Below, in pieces: positions 10,248 through 23,720 of a stretch of 64,000 nucleotides of DNA (positions within the stretch are counted from its first letter, which is position 1; each line of letters opens with the position of its first letter). Below the pieces are notes generated by a model, which was not told where the DNA came from, searched no databases, and saw only the letters and a list, made by a program, of their open reading frames with translations. The position numbers were made by a program, and so were the translations under genes. Source of the DNA: Rhynchobatus australiae (Eukaryota); the NCBI GenBank assembly GCA_034780895.1, contig JAUZTB010000065.1, positions 28,853,724 through 28,917,723 on the forward strand. Reading direction: 5' to 3'.

Positions 10248-13200
10248 TACCTTTGGGTTTTTGATAAATTTATTTTCTATTTAACAACATGAAAAACCTG
10301 CCTCTATGATAGCAGGACTAAATCCTGTTAGAGGCTGGGTTTAACATACTTGGAGGTTGTAAGAATGCATAATTGAACATGGTCCTGTTGATAATAAAAA
10401 GATAGTCTTATTAAGGCAAGATATTCTCCATGAATGACTTGTTACATCAGTGTGTGACAAAAGGGGTTTTAGAAATGATTGCAGGCAGAGAAGAAGAAAT
10501 GAAGAATCAGCTTAATATTTTAAGTTTCAACACTGAAATTGGTAGTAACCTTTTTAAAGCTCTTTGTCTTAAATTTTTTTGCCTGCATTCTTATTCTCTA
10601 TTCAGGAATATTTGAGTGCTGGGCCACTTCCATAAATTTAAGAACCAAACTTTAAATGGCTTAATTATTGAACAATTAATGAAGAGGCCAGTGAAATACC
10701 AAACAAGTTGTACATGAAGAATTGCATTAATTCACCAAAAACAATTGTGCATTTTAATTCAAAGAAATTAAGCACAATTTTGATTTGAGTTTAGAATTCC
10801 AGTGTGCCATTGCAAGTGGTGTTATAGGTAGGTGATATGGTCTATTGATTTTTTTTGTTGTGCCTAAGTGTAACAATGGGAAAAGTTGTGCCTATCATCC
10901 AGATTTACTAGTTTCTCAGTCATAGTTTGGAAAGATTAAGTATATAGGAAGGGAAGGTGGAATGTATTTAAATACTTGGGATTTTGGGATTGAGTGGTGA
11001 TTGAATCAAAGATGAGTAGGCCATTCAAAGTTTTGATAAAGTTTTTGAGAATAAAGTTCCTCGTACCTTCTCTACATGGTTCCATGAAGAACTGACCTGA
11101 GGCCAAATATCCTCTGAGAGGGCCATCACGACATCAGGAGTGAAGACATTTAGTGGTGCCTGATTAAAATGATGATTTTAAAAGCTCCTAATTGCTGTGC
11201 CCATGGGAATTTTAGCTACTTCTCAGATCTAAATCTATTGTTCCATTTTCTGTTTACTTCTCCCCCCGCCCCTTTTTTTCCCTAGGCTTGTCTCGTCTGT
11301 CTTCCAGCCCTCTTGAACTGACTCATACCACATTTCATTTTTCCCTAATCGGACATTATCTTTATACCCACGATTCGCACCAAACTATTAATGGTCTGTA
11401 AGTGTTTTTTTTCCCCAGGCTATAGGCCACCTGGATAAGTCTTCAACTCCGTCCCTCTATTCTCCAAGCAGCCTATTGAGAGATTTATCACTGTTTCCCT
11501 AAGAGCAGTGATTTCAATTTGCACATCTTTCTGGGATGTAATTTTGCTAATCTCCTTGAATCATTTCATCCACCAGTAACTCTATGAACCATACCATGCT
11601 GTGACCATCCATCCCTTTTATTCATCATTCTCCAAAACTTTTGTTGCTTGCCAAACAATCTTTTTGCAGATGATTATAATTGATGATAATTTGACTCATG
11701 GGTACGTGCTCTTTTCCTATCCACAGAGTCTGCCTATTACCACCAAATCTACCCAAACTGCCATAGTGATGATATAGTATGTCATTTACTTTTGCCTTGG
11801 TCTCTTCATTCAAACACTTCCCACCCATTTACTCTCCTGCCAACCTGAGTTTCTCATTATGGGATCCTGACTCTCAGCTTCATTGCTGAGTACCTCCTTA
11901 TCCTTGATTCCAACCTCCATCTCAACTTTGACTCTCTTCTTTGGAGTTCACTAATAATTTTCCTCTTAATATTTCTCTACATATAGAGCTTTTTTTTTAT
12001 TTTTGGTCATGGGTTTATTGCTAACCATTCAACTGCCCTTCCTGGCTCCAACAGTAGTTGAGGATGGGAATTGTATCTTCTCTGAGCATTATTGTCCATG
12101 TTTTAAAAAAATAAATCAACCCCATGACCACCTTTTTTTTTGAAAACTGGTGCTTTGTTGTCAAGCTTGCATTCCTCTCTGAAGTCCTTGAGTATGTTAT
12201 TTTGGGCAAACTTGGGGTCAGATCTTGAATTGTAGGTTTCTACCCATACCACAACACTGAAACATTTAACTGATTGTGAAACACTTTTTTTCCTTGTATA
12301 ATTTGACCACCCTCTAGCCTTGGTGATTCACCACATCTTTTTCCTGTTGTGCAGTGAAATGACTTCTGTCACCTGCTTCCAACATATCTTTTCAAATGTA
12401 GCCAGAAGAGATCATGTAGTGTTTTATGCAAGCCCTTTTGATTTCTGATCTACCTGCGACCTCTCAACAGCATCATCTGAAGATATGATGTCACGTTCCA
12501 CAAACTGTATCTATTAAAAACGGATTCTATTTCACCACTACATTTCTTGACTTTTCCTCCACCTTTGTGTTGACTGAAAGTCCTGGATGAGAGAGAATTT
12601 CCCACCATGAAATAAAAACTCTGCTTGACTCACCCAACTGAGCCAAAAGTGAAAAATGAGAATCATTGATGCTTGTTTTAAAAACTGCTACTTTCATAAA
12701 GCTTTTGTCTCCTAAATATTTATTCCTATGCTTTTGATACTGTTTCTGTTGATTCTTCTCTGAAATCCAGTTGGGCAGATAAAAGGTAATAGTGCTTTAC
12801 AAATGTAAATTGTTCAATTTAAGGAGTGTACCACATGCAGATATTGTTGAACAGGATTTTTTAAAATTTCTATGCTCTTTGCTGTGGGGAAAACTTTGTA
12901 GCCTAAATTTGTAATTGAGATTTTTTTTGAACTAAGCTTGGGTATCAGTAATTAGTGATAATCAAAGACCTCAAAGTTGACAACAGCAGGAGAATAGAGC
13001 AGTTGACTTTGGTGTTCAATATAGTGCAGGAATTCTCTTCTGTGTTTTAAGGTAAAGTACATTATTGGTTAAACTCAATCAATATTGTTCCCCACATCTG
13101 CAAGTGTGAGTTCATGATGATGCAGTGAAGGAATTAAAACTTCTGGGATCTGAATGAATGGGCAGCTATGTTTTTTCTCGTATCAAAGGATTCAGAAATC

Positions 13201-14129
13201 AGCTGAAATAATACAAAGAATTAGAGTATGTGAATTTGGTTTCAAATTAATAATGTAAAGAAAGTAGTGAGGGAAAACAAGTTGGGATTGAGCGAAGAAA
13301 GCCTGAGTATTCTTCATTTTTAACNNNNNNNNNNNNNNNNNNNNNNNNNNAGAAATTAGATTTCACATTTCTCATGCTTTTCTGTGAGAAATGTTTATTG
13401 ACAATTAGTAACAATTACCATGTTGGGAATATTCCAGCTTGAAATAATATCTTAATTTTGTTTGCGTTCACTTCATACACAGCACAATAACATAACACTT
13501 AGTGCAATGTAATCATGAAGCAGACAGCATTGCAATTTTTATGAAACTATTGACACAGCAGCACAGTGCTGCTTCAATATTTTATGATTACATGTACTCT
13601 ATAGATATTAGAGACCTATACATAAAGTTGAAAAAAATAAGATCAATAATTTTTAAAGGAAGTTAACTATTAAATACATTCCTTTACTTTTTTTTATTGA
13701 ATTGGTCAATTATAACCTTTAATGAACAGCATACTTTAATGCAGAATAAGCCTGGTGCTTTATGCTTTTTCATAGTTATTTCCAACTCAAGCCATAATTT
13801 TATTAATTACATCAACTGACATGTTTACTTCTAAACTGGCTGCACAGGATCATCAGGTAATGTTTATTAAATCAGTGATGATTTACTGCATCACCAGTGA
13901 TGCAGTGAAATATGCGTGTAGAAGAAATTATTGCTATCCTTCTAGTTTTATAATTTTACTCTAAACAGCATTGAGAAATTCTATCTTCCACCACACTTGT
14001 CAAGATTTTCAAAAATTTGGAGTTGCTTCTGACAATATATTTTAGTGTCCTGTAAGGCTATATCTGGGATTAGCAATTCGTAAACATAGCTCCAAGACTG
14101 ACTGCAAACTTGATCTATAGAAGCTGTAG

Positions 14130-14202
14130 TAATTTTTATATCTTTGCACTGTACTGCTGCTGCAAAACAAATTTCACTTAAGTGATAATAAATCTGATTC
14201 TG
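14130..14202 (+). mobile_element. Rex1/Babar-type LINE 3' tail fragment
   Basis: ctgtactgctgctgcaaaacaaatttca…gtgataataaatctgattctg resembles the tails of the minus-strand copies at 49640 and 54890. Confidence 0.45.
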
Positions 14203-17200
14203 TTGTGTACTATATTCAGATTTATTCCTTTCTTGTCTTTTAAAATTTTCTGCACATGCCCCTTTCCCTCTTCTGCCATTCTGAATAATCTGAACTAGTT
14301 TCTGCTTTCAAATGGTTTCTCAGCTTTTTGCCAAAATTTTCTTGAGTTTTACTGCTCCTGTGCTGCAATTTTGCAGATGCCTGTTGTTTTTTTTGTACTT
14401 CACCCATGTGATCATTCCTCTGGGTAAATGCATTATTGATGGCAAGCTATTGACATTGGAGTTCAACCAAACTACAATGTTCATGTGGTCTTAGTGGATA
14501 TGAGGATAGGAGTTCCTTTCCAAAAAAAGTTCTACTATTGCATCCTGCTGACATCTAGACTAAGATTGGCACTCTCTGTGTGCATCAGGAATCGAAATTC
14601 TGATTTTGTGTCTCTGAGTTGGCCNNNNNNNNNNTACCTCAATCAATTGAAGGGACTTTTGAGTAAAAAGAACAAACATATTACTTTTGCATTGAACTTA
14701 AAATCTCTGCTAAATGAACAATCTGTACCACTAACATGAGAAACTATGTACATAGTTTTTTTTGTCTAGATAATAGCAAACTTGTTGCTCCATAGAAAGT
14801 TGATTTGGATCAATGGTGCACACTTTAAGGTGACTGAGTTGTTTGGCAGTTTCTAAATGATTTTGGTTAAGAACCCAGCATTGAGAAGTAGTGAGGATGT
14901 CATTTCCATGTATACTGGGAACCATAGGAAATGCAACATTTCCAGGAATGATGTGACAAAGCTGAAATTGTTTGAAATCGACTTAGTTACTTGGCTATTA
15001 GTTACACACTTGGCTATCTTTTTAAAAGTCTGCATGCATTAGCAGAAGCATGACACTTGATATTTTGAATTATTCTAATAAGTGTAGCAAAATGTCAACA
15101 GTGTAAGAAAAATACAAATTTTGACAATATTATTTATTATCCCTCTTTATCCCCCACATGATTGTAAGACGTAACATCCATACTATTTTGTTCGTATACT
15201 ATACTAATAATGTGCTTGCCATATCCTGTGCATGATGGCAGTTTAATACTGCTGCTTTTCCTTTTGTTTTAAATTCAAAATATGATAAGAGGCAGCTGTA
15301 TTCTTGAGGAAACTTAGTCCTCCAAGGAGAACTTTGGTTGAGATGGGAGCCCAGTTTTGAGGAAACTTTCAGGCAGTAAATATATACCAAATGTTTTGCA
15401 CATATGCTTGCAAGGATTAACTTTTTAGTCTTTCTCCACTCCATTATTTAAAACTTGGTACAAAATACCTATGCTCTCTAATTAAAAAAAAATCTTATTA
15501 ATAGATACACTGCTGATCTCCAAAAAGATGACAGTTCTGTTTGGATGAATATTATACATGTTAGGAACAAGATTAATTTGGATGGATAAGTGCACTGTAG
15601 GAGTTGTCAATACAACTAAATAGAGTAGGAATTTGAGGCTCAAGTGTAAAGTAAAATCTTTGATATCTGGTGGTTGGGATTGTGAAACTTCTAGCCCAGC
15701 ACTCATTTCTGTGCATTTTGAGGTGACTTTTTATTTGAATTTTTGTTTGTAACTTTGAACCACCATTTTGTGTGCTTAACTTTACAGAATGTCAGAGAAA
15801 TGTTGATTACACGTATGCCACCACATCCAAATAGGAAGTTGGAATGGCCTCAGTTCTGTGGGGTGATGGATGACTGGCAACGAGATACAAGGCAGAAATC
15901 AAATGGAGTGTTTCTAATATCATAAGTGAGTGAAGCTTCAGCCATTTTCAGAGTAATTCGTATATTGCCAGCCATATTTTCTTTATGGTTTTAAAGTATC
16001 TTTTAGCAGAGGAATCTGCTTTTCAGTGCTAGCTGATGAGTTAACTGTTTGGTCATTGAGCAGATAAGGTTGTAAAGAACACATTGAGAGAGAGATGTAT
16101 ATGACAGTGACTTTGGACCAGACTAATCAAAGTCATTGTGCTAGTATAGAATTGATTCTTATTTTGCTGGTTCAGGACAGATGCTTGTGTGTTCTAAAAC
16201 AGAATATACACTAGATCATTAATTACGTGTGCCCTGTTTCACCGCCACCACCAACTTTTGCACCTCTGCCCTGCCCAGCCTCCTTTGTTTTTCTTGAGGT
16301 TCTCCTGTGGTATGTGGAGGATAGACTAGAAATTCCCTGGCCTTTGTTAGTCTTGATTTATAGTTGTTTACTAGATTACGTGCTAGAGTGGCACAAAGCA
16401 CCTGACTGAATTTTTTGGCACCTCTTTGAGGAAGTATTTTAGCCTCCATCTGTCATGGAGAATAGAACAGTTGAGAGTAGAACTTCATTCTGTGGCAGAA
16501 GGATTCTGGTCTGCATTGCTTTGGAGCTCCCAGTGTGACATTCAGCTACAACCATTTTAATATATATTTGCATTCAGCTGAGGAGGCTTTTCTAACTTCC
16601 TGTTGTGATGATGGGGGAAAACAAAATGTTAATAGACTGTTGTTATTTTATCTGAATCTTATTTGTTAGACACTAGGTGAATAATTTGGGAAGTTGCGTG
16701 GATATTTGATAACTGTCCAAGGCTAGAGCAGTAACGAAGCCCTCTTTTATGACAGTTCTGAGCATTTCCTTTGCATGAATAATTATTATTTTGACTGATT
16801 TTGAATAATACATTGATTTAATGGAGCAATTCTCAGTATCTTTTTAAGCATGTGACTAAACCTGTGAAAATCTAAAATAAGTGAGCTCACTTGAATCAGG
16901 GACGAAAAATTAAATATCTTAAATCACGGTTCAGTATTGTTTCAGCTGGATCGTTGTCAAATTTTCAAGTTTCTTCATTTTTTTCTGTTGGACTNNNNNN
17001 NNNNNNNNNNNNNNNNNNNNNNNNNNNNNNNNNNNNNNNNNNNNNNNNNNNNNNNNNNNNNNNNNNNNNNNNNNNNNNNNNNNNNNNNNNNNNNNNNNNN
17101 NNNNNNNNNACAGCCCTACTTTAAACTGGATATTGATACTAACACACTACTCCCCATGCAATTCTGTTCCTGTTGCTAAGAAAAACATTTTCACTCTTTT

Positions 17201-17215
17201 TTTTCTTCTTTTCAG

Positions 17216-17251
17216 GGTTTCCATGGCCCTTATCCTTTTGGTCAGTCTTAA
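17216..17251 (+). CDS. ILRUN: ILRUN terminal coding exon (GFHGPYPFGQS*)
   Basis: Strong pyrimidine tract ttttttttcttcttttcag|, then GGT TTC CAT GGC CCT TAT CCT TTT GGT CAG TCT TAA. Phase 0 fits the upstream donor, and the peptide matches the recalled human C-terminus GLHGPYPFGQS. Confidence 0.95.
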   Translation, partial: GFHGPYPFGQS

Positions 17252-20200
17252 AACGGGTATTGCCATTATCCAGCAGCCTCTGGGGTCTTGGTGTCACTCT
17301 GCAATTTTGCTATGGCCCCATTTCCCTCCTTTGACACAACACTGAAAAATGATGGCTGTTTGTTTCAAAACAATGTATGCATGTGTGAATGCTAAATTAA
17401 AGAGTGCTGTAATTGTTTAAGAAAACACAATGGATTTTTTTAGATGACATTGTCAGAATAATTATGTAGTTAAACACAAAGCCATGTTCAAATTATTTTG
17501 CCTACTGAGCGACTGTAGTTTAAGCAAAAGATAAAAAAAATTATTTTGTATTCGTTTGTTCAAAGCATCTTAACTGTTGGAATTTTTCCTGTGCGAGTGA
17601 GTTTGTTCTGTAACCTGCGGAGTATCAAATGGAGAGGGCATGAGTGGAGTAGGATTGTGTGAAAAGGTGAGTGTAACTCACTGTAGAATGGGAGCAGTCT
17701 ATGACAGCACAATCAATTGGAGACTTTTCCATACTGTACAAATGAAGTTTATTAAATTAACACTGAAAAGTCTCTAATCAAACTTGCGTCTAATTTGAGA
17801 AGTCACATTCTCTATGACAGTTGATGCCAGCAAAAGACAAACTTCCAACTTGTTGGGAATGTTTTATTCCAGGCATCAGCTGATTTCATATATATTAATG
17901 TGCACTGATGAGTTTCGCTATGCGTGGATGATACGTTAAATAGGATAACTTCGGGTTCTCAAAAATCCAAAATCACATGTCTGCTACTCATTTGTTGTGC
18001 TGAAGCAACTGAGCTCCTACATCCTGTTTGATTTGTTAATTACCATTTTACGTTCTTTAATTTGAAAAATATGTTCTCATACATTTTCTTGTAAAGTTGG
18101 CATTTGTTTTAACTATTCACAGCAAATGTTTTGTTCCTTATACAAGCAATACTGGAGCCCTAATAGCGTACTATTTAGGAACAAGTTTTTGTCATTGGAT
18201 TGACTGTACAATGACATTCACCTGCAATTGGTACTTAGACAATAGTGGTATTATGTAGATTTTACACCTGCAGATGCCAGTTCATAAGAATTCATTAAGT
18301 GAGCGTTTTAATTGGTGCTTCCTGCCCGAAGAGCGGCAGGTCATTTTTGTGCCTGGATTTTACTAGTTTGCATAACCTGTTCCTTTTCAGAATATTAAAG
18401 ATGTAAAGTGAATCTAAGGGCTACTCCACAAAGAGTAAGAAAACTAGATACTCGTATGCTGCAGATGACAGCAAAATTGCTGAGATGGAAAAGTAAGTCA
18501 CCTATCCAGCCTTGCTGTGGTTGAAGGAGAGTGTTCATGAGCTGAAAATTTGTGTGAAAATTATGAGGGAGTGACAAAATCTTGGATGTTTTACATAAAC
18601 ATAGTACTCGTGAGATTCCAAAAGTCCTCCATTTGCCTTCTAAAATTTGTAAGATATTCAATACTATTGTTACTAAAGTTGAAAATATAGTAAATAGCTC
18701 TTCCATACTTGCCATAGGCATTACCTTCTGGAGCCAAGTAAGTTCTTGTACAATATGCTGAACGCTTAAATACCTGTATATTTGAGTTAGTTAGCATGGA
18801 GTAATGAACATGGGAGTTGCAGCTGCTGCAGTAAGAACAGGAGTGATGTGTCTAAGACAACAGCACTGAACTCATTGAAAAGAGGTTGGAATCTAAATAT
18901 AAAGTAAAAGTGATTTTTTTTTTGCAGCGGACTAACTACTGCTCCTGGGATTATTTTTATTTGGATTCTTGCCAGTGTTGGTGCATGTGATTGGGACTTG
19001 GCTCCTACTTCATAAAGTTATCACTATGAGCACTGTACTGGGGAACATAAGTTAAAGAAATCACTAGTGCTATTTTTTCTAATTGATACTGGAAAGGTTC
19101 ATCAAATTGCTTTCTATGTGGTGAATGTTTCTTGGGCCATTTGAGGGCAGATTTTAATGAAGATGTTGTTGCCAAGTACATCTTTAAGACTTGTGTGCTA
19201 ATGTGGACTCTATCCCTTTTAGGAGTAAAGCCATGAAACTGTCCAAAATACTCGATTGTTGAATTGGTGGTGATTTAGATGGGTACTTAAGGGGGATAAA
19301 GAAAGAATTTAAGTGCTAGATGTTAGTTGAAAGTGATGAGAGGTGGAGGTCTCTGCTTTTGCATATTTGAAGAGACTGTATTAAAATGATAGTTCTGACA
19401 TGGATTTGTAAATGGTGATAAGTAACACAGTAATATTTTTACCAGTTATTAAATGCAGTAGCTTTTGCTTCTCTTCATATTTTGCTTAGCTTTCATGCAG
19501 TCCTCTTATTTTAGGGAAATTTACAAATTGGCTCAGCATTTAATATTTTCCATGTGAGAGTTTTAGTAGAAAATGGCAACAGTCAGATTAATGAATACTT
19601 CACAGTATTGACCATTGTACTCTTACAATTCAGTCATCCAGTTTTGAAGGACTTAAGCAGACCTCCAAATGTTGTTTTAAGACAATGTTGGAAATGAATA
19701 ATACATTGCAAATTTAGTCTTCCTATCCCTTGATCTATAGTTGAACAAGATGCTGCATACCTGAAGATGAACATCAGACTTGTAAAAACAGCACAATATC
19801 GCTAGTAAATGTCAAAAATGGTATGGAATTTATATTTGAATACATGGTGATGTGCTTTCTGTTGATGCCTAGTTTTAATATCTATGCATCCTCTAGCTGC
19901 TTGATATTAATTCTTGGTTGTTATCAAAAGGAACATGTGTAACTCTTTGAATTTGTATGTATTGCTGGACTTTTTTTAAAAAAAATGTTTGACAGTGGAA
20001 GTATGTATGTACATGGCTAACTGCTGCACTGAACTGATTCAAACAAAACACTTTGGGAATGGTTGAAATTAAAGATATGTCAATTTATAATTTGTGTGAA
20101 TAATTTTACATACTACTCGGTTGTTTACAGATGCAAGATGTTTTAATTTTTTTTAGTATTGTAATGTCAAGATGCTAATTTTTATAAAAAGTAATTGAAT

Positions 20201-20340
20201 GTTATATGGTCTGAACAAGTTTTGTGTGCGAATTTCAAGGTTGGGCCATTGTCATTCAATTGCAATGTACAATTGTACAGAAGCCTCTTCAATACAGAAG
20301 TTAATTTTTTTTGTATTAAATCATTATCTATGATTGATCA
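17252..20340 (+). other. Probable long ILRUN 3' UTR
   Basis: Follows the stop codon. About 3.1 kb, U-rich, with no recognisable TE fragments or gaps. It ends near ATTAAA (20315-20320), which is preceded by TGTA motifs (tgtacaattgtacag). The end point is inferred. Confidence 0.55.
20315..20320 (+). terminator. Candidate polyadenylation signal ATTAAA (distal); a proximal ATTAAA lies at 17751-17756
   Basis: Variant hexamer with upstream UGUA elements and a U-rich context. Repeats and gaps resume shortly downstream. Confidence 0.4.
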
Positions 20341-21076
20341 CGAGCTCTTTGTGAATCTAGATGTTCCAGCTTTATGTATTCCCTTCCAATTATTAATAGG
20401 ACTTCCATATGCATTGCTGTTTTTAAAAAAGTGGTGTTACTTGAGCAATTCTCAACCAAATCGCTATGAGATATTTGCCTCTGTGGAACATTTCGGAAGA
20501 CTCAAAATATTGAAGTATATACTTGGCAGTCTTGTTACTTATAGTTCAGTGAACCAAACATGAAAACTATACATATAAATCCATGACCACGTGTATCGGC
20601 TAGCAAGGAAATGGAATTGCAGAAAAACATTTGTTTTTTCTTAAGATATGTTTTATTTTAATTTTTAAAATATTTTCCATCTTGCATCTGCACATTCTGA
20701 TGCACGGTAACTTTAAGACTGTGAAATGAAAGAAGTTTCGAACACACGAAGGAGCCATTGGATATTCTCGGGGGAAAATGCAGTGGTGTTTGTCTCAACC
20801 ATTGAATATGCCAAAGCCTTCTACACTAATANNNNNNNNNNNNNNNNNNNNNNNNNNNNNNNNNNNNNNNNNNNNNNNNNNNNNNNNNNNNNNNNNNNNN
20901 NNNNNNNNNNNNNNNNNNNNNNNNNNNNNNNNNNNNNNNNNNNNNNNNNNNNNNNNNNNNNNNNNNNNNNNNNNNNNNNNNNNNNNNNNNNNNNNNNNNN
21001 NNNNNNNNNNNNNNNNNNNNNNNNNNNNNNNNNNNNNNNNNNNNNNNNNNNNNNNNNNNNNNNNNNNNNNNNNNNN

Positions 21077-21300
21077 CGGGTGCTGTCTGTGTGGAGTTTT
21101 CACATTCTCCCCCATGACCATACAGTTTTCTCTCCCAAAGGCCTGCTGTTAGGTTAATTAGCTGTTATAATTTATTCCTTGGCTTGCTAAGTAGTGAAAA
21201 AATCAATGGCAGGGTTGATGAGCATGTGAAAGAAATGAGGGGAGAATGAGAGTGATGGGGCTCTTCTGTTGAGAGCTGGTACGATTCCATAGGCTGCATG
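21077..21300 (+). mobile_element. V-SINE fragment
   Basis: ctgtctgtgtggagttttcacattctcccccatgacc matches the V-domain core. Confidence 0.6.
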
Positions 21301-21399
21301 GTCTCCTATGTCCTAATAAGTAACAATGCTATTTATAGCAACATAGCACTGAAACAAAAAAAATTAAAACCAGTCTCTGCAGAACTTAATGAACATAGA

Positions 21400-21840
21400 T
21401 TTCTCTAACTTCTAGTAACCACTCCCTTCTGACTTTTCTCCCCCCTCCTTTTTTCCTTATCCCACCGGCCCCATCACCCTTTCACTTTCCCCTCTCCACC
21501 CTCTCAATCTACCCATCACCCATACATTCCACTCTTCAGTTCCCCTCCTCACTTTCGTCCACTCTCCTATTGGATTCCATCTTCTTCAGCCTTTTTGTAA
21601 GTTTTGCCTATCACCTCACAGCTTGCATCATTTCCACTCCCCCTCCCTCAGCTGTCTATCATCCCCCCTCACCTGGATCCACCAGCTCTTGCTCCATCCC
21701 CTTGCCCAACCTGTTTATACTGGCCATCTCCCCTCTTTCCATTCCTGATGAAGGGCCTCGACCCAAAATGTTGACTGTCCATTTCCCTCCATGGATGCTG
21801 CCTGACCCACTGAGTTCCTCCAACTTGTGTGTTTCTGCAA
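21400..21840 (+). mobile_element. Penelope-derived repeat with hammerhead motif at 21740-21777
   Basis: C/T-rich body, cattcctgatgaagggcctcgacccaaaatgttgactg, then gatgctgcctgacccactgagttcctcc. Confidence 0.7.
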
Positions 21841-23189
21841 AACTTCAAATCCATTCTGTACAACTGTGCAGGATTAGTATGTGCTAATTTTTGTTGACAA
21901 TTTTAATGTTTTACCACTTGTGACTAATTTGAGGAGCTACATTTAAGCTTAGTTCATCTCACTAGTTCCTCCAGTAGTGAATTTCTTTTTCAATACAAAG
22001 GGAACCCTGACAGCCATGATAGAATTAACTGCTTGGGTAAGAAATGGAATATTTACATGAAGTGGTTAGCAGTCTTTTCCAAATTATTTGAATTTTCATC
22101 CCTTTTATAGTTCTTGTATCTTATATGAAACAGAAATTGCCCTTCTATCATGGACAGGCAACCACTTTCCTCCCTTCGGCCCATATTGGATATCATTTTT
22201 AGACTAAATATTTCAGTAAAACAGGTGGATTTGCCTTTTTGTATTTGACTGCATGCTCGTAATATTTTGTTATGTGCTCAATTGTTATCCTGGTTAACAA
22301 TTTTTTTTCTTGATGTGGGCTGAAGATTCAGAGCAATCTGGTTTTGGGGTAGGGTGCTTGTTGCTGGGACTGGAATAGCTGGATTATTGACATTATGTCC
22401 ATTTAACTTCATCTTGCAGTGTGGACTTGAGGTTTTAAAAAAGTCCTAATTGTACTTGCACAGAACTTCAATTATCCCAATATTTCTATTACTTTTTGGT
22501 CTTGGCATGATTTAACTTTTTGTGGACTCATCATGTTTCTCCTGACAGCAGTTCCTTCAGCATGACATAAAATACCTTCGCAATTCAAGCTTGATTCAGT
22601 TGAATGTTCCTTGCATTGCATTTGTTCTTGTTTTGTTTTCCTCTCAAGGAGAAGACCAATATGTAGAAACATCTGGTTATTAGACAATCTTAATTTTCTA
22701 TTGGGAAGGGTTGGACAGTTTTGAAAAGTGCCCAGAAAATGGAACAGAAGAAATCTCTGGATTCTGCTGGATAATAGACGTTCTCCTGCAATTTCAATTT
22801 TAAGGAATCCTTTTATGAAGGTCCATTGTACAAACTATGGTAAGTTACTGAGAGCAAACTTTTATAATGCTGCTTTTTATGGCTGTAGTAGCTGGATTTG
22901 AATGTTATCTTTTTATTTTATGTTGATGTATCTCAAATTTGGATTTAGAGCTTTGTTACCCTATTCAAATGCATTAAGTATTTTCTCATTTTTAACCCCT
23001 CTCTCTGTGTTGCAGGGGTGTGGGATAGGCTAACACTTCCTACACATACTTTAATTCATGAGTCAATAATATTTCAATACATGTTTGGATTTGTGCTGCC
23101 AACCTTGTTTGTTCTCCCAGCTACCTCTTTCTTTCATTGTATGTGAAAATTTAATAATGCAATCCACTAAATTTGTTTTTTGGTAAAAC

Positions 23190-23305
23190 AAAAAAAACAC
23201 TACAGATGTTGGAAATCTGAAATATAAACAGAAAATACTGGAGACGCTCAAGACCAGGTAGGATCTGTGGAGAGAGAAAAACAGTTAACATTTCAGATCG
23301 ATGGT
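23190..23305 (-). mobile_element. Penelope-derived terminal fragment (similar fragment at about 30740-30840)
   Basis: cagatgttggaaatctgaaat…gctcaagaccaggtaggatctgtggagag…acagttaacatttcagatcg. Confidence 0.6.
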
Positions 23306-23589
23306 GGACATATTGTACCAACTTCTTTTGAGTTTACCACTTAACACCAAATTTTATGTAATGGTATCAAATTCTGCAAGTTGCATCAGCTTTGGGTTTG
23401 TTCAATTTTTCTTACTGTGTTTTCTGAATTGCTCACTATTTTAATTATAACTATGTATCTGACATTTATTGTTATAATTTGAATCTTCTCGTGGTTCCTT
23501 GTATTTAAATGGTTTGGTTTCCTGTTAATTTTTTTAACTGATGTTACCACCCACTGGCCTGTATTGTATTAGAACCAAGGAGTACAACA

Positions 23590-23720
23590 ATGTGATTGTA
23601 TTTGTCCCATTTGTTCTTAATCACTCTGCTGCATTTGACATAATTGACTACACCATTCTCCTCCAAAGCCATGAGATTGCTGTTCAACTTGGTGGGGCCT
23701 TTAGCTGGCAAATCACTTGC
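23590..23720 (+). mobile_element. L2-type LINE RT relic
   Basis: VLNHSAAFDIIDYTILLQ resembles the L2 RT motif LLDLSAAFDTIDHTILLQRL. Confidence 0.55.

Noticed and set aside
13112-13208. Box C (ATGATGA) and CTGA motifs suggesting an intronic snoRNA
   Set aside because: No clear C' box, terminal stem or recognisable rRNA guide; the motifs are common by chance.
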